Virus record (IMG/VR): IMGVR_UViG_2737471839_000018 | Location: 1-10,087 of that record | Strand: one strand, 5' to 3' | Length of the DNA: 10,087 bases | From: a virus | Taxonomy: Duplodnaviria; Heunggongvirae; Uroviricota; Caudoviricetes | Part shown: positions 1-4,859 of the stretch, in pieces | Layout: each line of letters begins with the position of its first letter | How positions within the stretch are numbered: position 1 is the stretch's first letter | Notes under the pieces: generated by a model | Database searches by the model: none | What the model was told of the DNA's origin: nothing | What the model saw: the letters and a program-made list of their open reading frames with translations, nothing else | Position numbers and translations under genes: made by a program

Positions 1-251
1 GGTCATGGCCTCCATAGTGATGGCGGGTCCTCCTTGTGGGGTGCCCTGCCACGGGGCGGGAGCATCGCGGAAAAAGGCTAGTTTTTGCATTTTTATTCGT
101 CATCACCACCAATGCAATATATTGATATGACTTGATGTTTTATTTTTCGGTGTCGATTTCGATTGTTTTTTGTTCATCACTGACGCATAACGCCCACCAG
201 CGCAACGCTGAAAGCCAGTCAGTAAACTGGCTTCGGTCATTGTGCACTACG

Positions 252-794
252 TTACTTGTCTTTATCCGGCTGAAACTTATCAGGCACATTTCCGGTAGTT
301 TCCATCAGATAATCGGACAGCATTCGCGGGATGTTTTCATCAAGTTTTGTGCATGCGTTACAGGCTCTGACAACTTCTTTTTTCAGGCCATCCAGCATGG
401 CGGGGGTCATCTGTGGGAAGCTCCTTTGCATAGTAAGCGGCAGGCTGCCCATGATTGAAGAAATCTGACTCGCCAGTTTTGAAAGCGCATATATACAAAA
501 TTCCGTACTAATCACATCGCCGCGTTCGCTCTCGTTTTTAAGCTCCTGCGCCTCCGCCTGCGCTGTCAGCAATCTGATCCTGACTCGCAAAAGCTCATCA
601 TTATCAATCTCTCCTTTGTCGTTTGTAAGCTGGTTAATTGCATTGTTAACCCTATTGTCTATCACGCTGGCAACATCATAAAACGCCTCACGGCCTTTAC
701 GCTCAACGGGAGTCACTCCCCACTTGTCGAATGCTGTAGCACTTACCCGGCAGCTTTGCGCCATGGTTTTTTTGTTCATCAGGTGCGATTTCAT
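252..794 (-). CDS. Small terminase subunit, lambda Nu1-like (TerS)
   Basis: Translation has the segment RLLTAQAEAQELKNESERGDVISTEFCIYALSKLASQISSIMGSLPLTMQRSFP...KLDENIPRMLSDYLMETTG, which matches lambda Nu1 as I recall it (RLTRAQADAQELKN...AFCTFVLSRIAGEIASILDGLPLSVQRRFP...LDELIPGLLSEYIEQSG). The N-terminus (NKKTMAQSCRVSATAFDKWGVTPV) resembles the Nu1 winged-HTH region. The ORF-track start at 797 is TTG; ATG codons are at 794 and 779, and 779 (MNKK...) aligns best with Nu1 MEVNKK. Stop TAA at 252-254. Confidence 0.85.
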   Translation of the reverse strand: MKSHLMNKKTMAQSCRVSATAFDKWGVTPVERKGREAFYDVASVIDNRVNNAINQLTNDKGEIDNDELLRVRIRLLTAQAEAQELKNESERGDVISTEFCIYALSKLASQISSIMGSLPLTMQRSFPQMTPAMLDGLKKEVVRACNACTKLDENIPRMLSDYLMETTGNVPDKFQPDKDK

Positions 795-821
795 CAATAT
801 CCCAACTTGGTCAAGGTTTCA

Positions 822-896
822 GGTTGGTGTGTTGGTGTTATCTTTCCCTTTTTATTCATGGAGATAGAGCAAACAACAAAACCACCACCACCACCC
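822..896. repeat. Candidate cosB-like repeats between cosN and the terS start: tandem GGTTGGTGT/GTTGGTGTT (822-839) and (ACC)5 tract (881-896)
   Basis: Direct repeats seen in the sequence at the position where lambda carries its R-sites and IHF site. The sequence is unlike the lambda cosB R-sites as I remember them. Function is inferred. Confidence 0.3.
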
Positions 897-927
897 TGAA
901 AAAGCTCATAAATAGCGAAAAACCGCG

Positions 928-939
928 AGGTCGCCGCCC
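928..939 (-). other. Lambda-type cohesive end site cosN (12-nt overhang sequence)
   Basis: Plus strand 928-939 reads AGGTCGCCGCCC, the lambda right-end cohesive sequence. The minus strand reads GTTACG GGGCGGCGACCT CGCGGTTTTTCGCTATTTATGA, nearly identical to the lambda left end for about 35 nt, then diverges. Orientation is cosN, then cosB, then terS, as in lambda. Confidence 0.8.
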
Positions 940-971
940 CGTAACAGGTCCATATGCCGGAAAGGACCCGC

Positions 972-997
972 AAAAAAGCCGGATTTCTCCGGCCTTT
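972..997 (-). terminator. Rho-independent terminator ending the capsid operon (hairpin also usable from the plus strand)
   Basis: Stem GCCGGA (978-983), loop TTTC, stem TCCGGC (988-993). Flanked by A6 on plus (T6 on minus) and by CTTTTCT on plus. Sits immediately after the stop of the 137-aa gene at 1000. Confidence 0.7.
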
Positions 998-999
998 TC

Positions 1000-1413
1000 T
1001 CAGATGGTTTTCAGTATGCGATCGATGTCGCCGTCATCGCCCGGGTTTCTGCCATCGTATGCCATGCCAGCTGATACGGCTTGTGGGCTGTGCATGTCCA
1101 TAAAGTTTTCAAAGGCTGCGGTAAGCTCTGGTGCAACCTTCGGGCGTTCCTGCTCTATGGTCATGTTCAGGATGTTTTTAGCCGTATCAACATCAATACA
1201 AGGCACGTTTGCCATTGCACGTAACAGCGGCTGATAGTCGTCAGATTCATGAAGCGACATAATCGCATCAGCGCGCGGCTTGTCCTGTTCTTCCAGTTTG
1301 TTAAGTTGATATATAGCTTCGTAGGTTGATAGACATCTGTCAGCCATTGCCCGCGCTTCGGCTTTAAATTTACTCGCCAGCGGTAGCGCCATGATACTTT
1401 CATTCGTTGCCAT
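1000..1413 (-). CDS. Hypothetical protein (137 aa), last gene of the capsid operon
   Basis: ATG at 1413-1411 preceded by CAGGGGGAACG (SD-like). Follows the D-like gene by 12 nt. Acidic C-terminal region. No family recognised. Confidence 0.65.
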   Translation of the reverse strand: MATNESIMALPLASKFKAEARAMADRCLSTYEAIYQLNKLEEQDKPRADAIMSLHESDDYQPLLRAMANVPCIDVDTAKNILNMTIEQERPKVAPELTAAFENFMDMHSPQAVSAGMAYDGRNPGDDGDIDRILKTI

Positions 1414-1425
1414 CGTTCCCCCTGC

Positions 1426-1761
1426 TTATCGCGCCAGCGGCTGAACGGATACACCAGAACCCGCAAAGGCGGCACATTTTTTCGCGTCGGTGTCGACGCT
1501 CTCAGGCCAGTTAACGGCGGCAATATTGAATATCCCCGTCTTGTAACACTGTGCTGATTTCTGCGTTGACGTGTCCACGGGATACGCCGTCAGATAAACA
1601 GCCTTGCCAGATTCCTGACCATCCCACGGCTTAAATTCGCCATTGTCCGCCAGCATCAGCGGGGTAAATTCCTGAATAACGCCAGCATCAGCGGCAAAAT
1701 GTACCAGCGTCGTGGCGACCTGCTGACTGCCTGCAAATAACTCAATGTATGGAGTGTCCAT
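1426..1761 (-). CDS. Head decoration protein, lambda gpD-like
   Basis: 111 aa. Motifs TPLMLA, WDG, YKTGIF, WPESVDTDAKKCAAFAGSGVSV parallel lambda gpD ([37 protein letters not shown]) as recalled. ATG at 1761 with a GGGGGA SD. Confidence 0.85.
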   Translation of the reverse strand: MDTPYIELFAGSQQVATTLVHFAADAGVIQEFTPLMLADNGEFKPWDGQESGKAVYLTAYPVDTSTQKSAQCYKTGIFNIAAVNWPESVDTDAKKCAAFAGSGVSVQPLAR

Positions 1762-1772
1762 AGAATCCCCCG

Positions 1773-2828
1773 TTAACCAATTTTGACGGTAACAAATTTG
1801 CGAATATCTGCCGGAACAGGCTGCGGTGCGCTGTGCGTCTGCACGTACTCAATCGCCGGATCGCCGTCCTCAATCCAGTTTTTCGGGTAAAACATGTTTT
1901 GCGTTGCGCCCGTTCTGACCGCTTCCTGATCCATAATCGCACCATAGGCCACCAGCCCTTTATTGTTGGTGTTGCCCAGGACCAGCAAATCAGGCTCAAG
2001 GAAATATTTTTCGGTGCCGTCGCTGTCAGTGTATTTGCCGGAATAGACGATAAGGGCAATATCGCCCAGATATCCTTTAAAGCTCACCACTTCGCCCAGG
2101 TTTTTACAGGCCAGCTCTGCGGCGGACTCTGAACCACGGGAAAGATCGTACAGTTCGCGGAATTTTTTAAAGCTGCGTAATGTTCGCCATACCTCAGCGC
2201 CCATGATCATGACGTTGGCGGGGCAACCTGCTTGATCCGCATAAAGCTCGATATCATAAATTGGATCGTGGGTTTCTTTGTCCTGCTCGGACCATTTACG
2301 GCCTTTGGCCTGCTCTATGATGTTTTTTTCCGGTATCTTCCAGTCGATTTCATAGCGTTCTATGCCCTCGCCCTCAATGATGTTTTTTCCGGTCGTTACC
2401 GCATTCACCGCCAGCCATTCCACGCGCGCTTTAATCGCGTTTATCTGGCGGCGCATGTTGCCAGTAATCAGGCGCATACGGCGATAGGTTGGGTCATTAA
2501 GCTGTGCCGGATCTTCTGCAGCCATACGCATGATGGTTTTCGTTGGATCGATTTCGTGCTTCGGCTTCATGTATCCAGGTTTAATCGTGCTGGTTTCGTA
2601 CCCTTTATCGCGCTGGACCTGACTACCCACCATAGGCGAACAAAACGCCGACATCGTAACCTCTTCAATGTCCAGGGTGTCCAGCATGATGTTTTGGGTG
2701 TTGAATGTCGCCACGTTCGGGAAAAACAGCGTGGTAAACAGCGGACTGAATTTAAATTCCGCAATATCCCCGCGATTCAGGTACGCGAAAAGCTGGTTAG
2801 TGTTAAGTGCCGTTGCTTTGCCTGCCAT
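1773..2828 (-). CDS. Major capsid protein, lambda gpE family
   Basis: 351 aa. Shares many blocks with lambda gpE: FKFSPLF..LFF, PGYMKPKHEIDP, DPAQLNDPTYRRMR, RGSESAAELACKNLGEVVSFKGYLGDIALIVYSG, VLGNTNNKGL.AYG, YPKNWIEDGDPA. ATG at 2828 with SD GGAGGTG. TAATG overlap with the upstream gene. Confidence 0.93.
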   Translation of the reverse strand: MAGKATALNTNQLFAYLNRGDIAEFKFSPLFTTLFFPNVATFNTQNIMLDTLDIEEVTMSAFCSPMVGSQVQRDKGYETSTIKPGYMKPKHEIDPTKTIMRMAAEDPAQLNDPTYRRMRLITGNMRRQINAIKARVEWLAVNAVTTGKNIIEGEGIERYEIDWKIPEKNIIEQAKGRKWSEQDKETHDPIYDIELYADQAGCPANVMIMGAEVWRTLRSFKKFRELYDLSRGSESAAELACKNLGEVVSFKGYLGDIALIVYSGKYTDSDGTEKYFLEPDLLVLGNTNNKGLVAYGAIMDQEAVRTGATQNMFYPKNWIEDGDPAIEYVQTHSAPQPVPADIRKFVTVKIG

Positions 2829-3034
2829 TATTCACCTCCATGCGTCTGATTCATGCCCAGCGCCGCGCGTAAATAGGCGCGGACCTGCCAGCCTGTTGAC
2901 GGCTCAACCATTGCCAGCGGATCAAGTCCTGCCTCAATGCCTGCTTTTACGTTCTGCTGGTGGCGTTCCTTGAGCGCCTTCACGATGTCGGGGCTTATGT
3001 ACACCGAAACACCGCCTTTTTTCTCTTCAGCCAT
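2828..3034 (-). CDS. Hypothetical small protein (68 aa), first gene of the capsid operon
   Basis: ATG at 3034 with SD AGAGGAA upstream. Its stop TAA overlaps the ATG of the capsid gene (translational coupling). No family recognised. Confidence 0.6.
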   Translation of the reverse strand: MAEEKKGGVSVYISPDIVKALKERHQQNVKAGIEAGLDPLAMVEPSTGWQVRAYLRAALGMNQTHGGE

Positions 3035-3062
3035 AGTAAGAAATTCCTCTTCGACTTAAAAA

Positions 3063-3130
3063 ATCATAACTGGATGTTCATCCAGTTATGATTATAATCA
3101 TGATTGCATTTTGTGCAATGGTATTGAGTT
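3063..3130 (-). promoter_or_regulatory. Putative capsid-operon promoter/operator: 30-bp perfect palindrome plus palindromic ATTATAAT (-10-like) and a second dyad ATTGCA-N5-TGCAAT
   Basis: ATCATAACTGGATG-TT-CATCCAGTTATGAT at 3063-3092 (14-bp arms). ATTATAAT at 3091-3098 reads as TATAAT on either strand. ATTGCATTTTGTGCAAT at 3104-3120. All lie 30-100 bp upstream of the operon ATG at 3034. The -35 is weak. Confidence 0.45.
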
Positions 3131-3199
3131 GTGTTGCAAATTATGAAATTATTATCCCAATCATGTGTGTCAGTGCACCAAAAAGCCTCATATGCAAAA

Positions 3200-3237
3200 G
3201 CCCGATAAGAACCCTCTGACCTTATCGGGCTTTTTTT
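3200..3237 (+). terminator. Rho-independent terminator oriented for plus-strand transcription
   Basis: GCCCGATAAG (3200-3209), 11-nt loop, CTTATCGGGC (3221-3230), followed by T7 (3231-3237). Confidence 0.55.
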
Positions 3238-3242
3238 GGGGC

Positions 3243-3265
3243 AAAAAAGCCGGATTGCTCCGGCT
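3243..3265 (-). terminator. Rho-independent terminator for the 74-aa gene
   Basis: AGCCGGA-TTGC-TCCGGCT hairpin (3248-3265) preceded on plus by A6, which is T6 after the stem on minus. Same core as the hairpins at 978-993 and 3611-3628. Confidence 0.65.
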
Positions 3266-3284
3266 ATGTGTGCTGTGTGCTGGC

Positions 3285-3509
3285 TCAGTCTCTGATCTCT
3301 TTCAGAAATTCTATCAATGCATCTATCTGTTCAGGATTTACCGCCAGCATTTCACCGGATAGCGCACATCTGACAAATCCATGCCGATCCTTTTCAATCA
3401 ACGCGCCCGTTTCCAGGAATGCGCGGTAATCAGTGATGTTCATCGTCTCCATGTTGTCAGCATGGTATTTATCACGCTGTTTTAATATCTCATCAAATTT
3501 CATCGGCAT
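3285..3509 (-). CDS. Hypothetical small protein (74 aa)
   Basis: Chosen start is ATG at 3509 (MPMKFDEIL...) with strong SD CAGAGGAAAAAACA. The longer ORF-track start at 3587 has no SD and abuts the upstream terminator. Monocistronic between two terminators. Confidence 0.6.
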   Translation of the reverse strand: MPMKFDEILKQRDKYHADNMETMNITDYRAFLETGALIEKDRHGFVRCALSGEMLAVNPEQIDALIEFLKEIRD

Positions 3510-3604
3510 TGTTTTTTCCTCTGTTGTGTCTGTTTGTTTCAGATAGTAACTATGCCGGACCGTGACGAAAACCCGGTAATGCGCCATACCGTTTCAACTG
3601 GTGC

Positions 3605-3628
3605 AAAAAAAGCCGGATTTCTCCGGCT
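3605..3628 (-). terminator. Rho-independent terminator for the PerC-like gene
   Basis: A7 (plus 3605-3611), then AGCCGGA-TTTC-TCCGGCT (3611-3628). On the minus strand the stem is followed by T7. Confidence 0.7.
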
Positions 3629-3634
3629 GTGTGA

Positions 3635-3907
3635 TTAGCTGTACTGGTAATTGCGCCATATATCATCACCAGCACCATCCATACCCATTTCGGCATAAGT
3701 GCGATCGACTGCCTTTTTCAGGTCTCCGAAATTATCCGGCGGCTCCGGTGCCCTCTGTGCCTTCCTTGAACATTCCAGCCGTCGCATCGTGATGTGATGC
3801 CGTTCCTTGTCTGTCTCCACCAGCTGCATGACTTCACCCCATCGCGCCGCCGCCCTCCGGTAAAAGCCTTTCGCCTCCAGTTCCTCCGCTATGCGGTCAT
3901 GTACCAT
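3635..3907 (-). CDS. PerC-family-like transcriptional regulator (90 aa)
   Basis: N-terminal AEELEAKGFYRRAAARWGEVMQ resembles the PerC family signature as I recall it (moderate certainty). ATG at 3907. The SD is a G10 homopolymer. Confidence 0.6.
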   Translation of the reverse strand: MVHDRIAEELEAKGFYRRAAARWGEVMQLVETDKERHHITMRRLECSRKAQRAPEPPDNFGDLKKAVDRTYAEMGMDGAGDDIWRNYQYS

Positions 3908-3909
3908 CG

Positions 3910-3919
3910 CCCCCCCCCC
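3910..3919. repeat. Homopolymeric tract C10 (G10 on the coding strand) between the ssb stop and the PerC-like start
   Basis: Counted directly: C at 3910-3919. Minus strand reads TGA-GGGGGGGGGG-CG-ATG. Confidence 0.9.
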
Positions 3920-4330
3920 TCAGAACGGAATATCATCACCGTAAGGGTCATCGCCTCCAGCTGGTGGCTGATTACCCTGTGTGCTTGTGGTCTTGCGTCG
4001 GCTCCCGCCAGGACGGGCAGCACTGGCACTGATTACACTGTCTGCGATAACCTGATAACCCTGCCGCGTTTCCCCGTTCTGTCCGGTCCACTGGCTAACC
4101 TGTATCGTGCCGGATACGCTGGCAACATCGCCTTTTTGATGTTTAGCCAGGTAGTCGGCCTGCTTGCCAAATGCGATGACCGACAGCCATAACGTCGCCT
4201 GTCCGTCCTGTGCCTGGCTGCATGGCAGCGATACCGCCATACGAGCCAGCGTCATTGGTGTGCCCTTGCTGGTCTGTTTTACCTGCGGGTCGTCCACCAG
4301 CCGCCCGTAAGCGGCTATCTGTGCTGTCAT
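3920..4330 (-). CDS. ssb: Single-stranded DNA-binding protein (SSB)
   Basis: 136 aa. OB-fold-like blocks (GRLVDDPQ, WLSVIAFGKQA, QKGD, WTGQNGETR), a Gly/Pro/Gln-rich linker, and a C-terminal acidic tail ending DDIPF. ATGA overlap with the upstream gene. Confidence 0.85.
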   Translation of the reverse strand: MTAQIAAYGRLVDDPQVKQTSKGTPMTLARMAVSLPCSQAQDGQATLWLSVIAFGKQADYLAKHQKGDVASVSGTIQVSQWTGQNGETRQGYQVIADSVISASAARPGGSRRKTTSTQGNQPPAGGDDPYGDDIPF

Positions 4331-4572
4331 GATTCCACCTCTCCGGTTTTAACGTTGATGGTTGTTACCTGTTCCGCTTCGGCAATCTCCCGTTCTGTCA
4401 GCGTGGCAAAGTTTGCCGCCGTCGTGGTCATGAATGCGCTTATCAGTTCGGGATGTGCTTTCGCGTATCCTTCCCCGGCGTTGCGGTCGATGATTTTTAT
4501 CGCCACCCTCAGCCAGTGTTCTGTCAAATCAAGGGCGTGAGATTGTGGTTTTTTGGCGTGCTTCGTTGTCAC
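4327..4572 (-). CDS. Hypothetical protein (81 aa), coupled to ssb
   Basis: Only an in-frame GTG start at 4572, with GAGGT about 8 nt upstream. Stop overlaps the ssb ATG. Lies directly downstream of the iteron region. Confidence 0.5.
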   Translation of the reverse strand: MTTKHAKKPQSHALDLTEHWLRVAIKIIDRNAGEGYAKAHPELISAFMTTTAANFATLTEREIAEAEQVTTINVKTGEVES

Positions 4573-4620
4573 AGGCTTTACCTCACAGCAATAAAATAAA
4601 ATTTTTGCATTTCAACCCTT

Positions 4621-4846
4621 CACCTGTTCACCTTTTGCAATTTTCCCTTTTTATTCATAATGTTAAGGGGTGAACAGTTTCACAAAAACTATTCACCAAC
4701 TGTTCACCACTGTTCACCCTTAAAGCTCAATAAAGAATCAAAAAGGTGAACAGTGAATAGTTTGGTGAACAGTTCATAAATAACTGCTCACCCTATAATA
4801 TACTGATATAAAAGACATTTATTGCAGGGTGAACAGTGGTGAACAG
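4621..4846. repeat. Iteron cluster / putative origin of replication (TGTTCACC octamers in both orientations in an AT-rich context)
   Basis: Perfect TGTTCACC at 4625-4632, 4701-4708, 4711-4718. Perfect reverse GGTGAACA at 4669-4676, 4745-4752, 4764-4771, 4828-4835, 4838-4845. Degenerate copies near 4692, 4754 and 4785. To my recollection this octamer is the P4 alpha-binding type I iteron of ori/crr. Confidence 0.75.
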
Positions 4847-4859
4847 TTATTCCATAAGT

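Noticed and set aside
824-1234. Plus-strand 136-aa ORF across the cos/terminator region
   Set aside because: It runs through cosN and the terminator hairpin and overlaps the better-supported minus-strand 137-aa gene. Low-complexity Ser/Thr-rich translation.
1167-1523. 118-aa minus-strand ORF overlapping the 137-aa and D-like genes
   Set aside because: Alternative frame across two well-supported co-directional genes. Arg/Trp-rich translation typical of an off-frame read.
2232-2849. 205-aa plus-strand ORF
   Set aside because: Antisense to the gpE-like capsid gene, which has strong homology support. Arg/His/Cys-rich translation.
3101-3226. 41-codon plus-strand ORF (MIAFCAMVLSCVANYEIIIPIMCVSAPKSL...) between the palindrome and the plus terminator
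   Set aside because: Its ATG sits directly on the -10-like element with no room for a leader or SD, and it ends inside the terminator stem. Possibly a hydrophobic micropeptide, but not supportable from sequence alone.
3285-3587. 100-aa extended form of the 74-aa gene
   Set aside because: The ATG at 3587 lacks an SD and lies against the upstream terminator hairpin. The internal ATG at 3509 has a strong AGAGGAAAA SD.
3920-4330. Possibility that the ssb-like ORF is a host-derived housekeeping ssb
   Set aside because: The protein is short, has an atypical N-terminus and is embedded between satellite genes with translational coupling, so it is treated as an element-encoded SSB.
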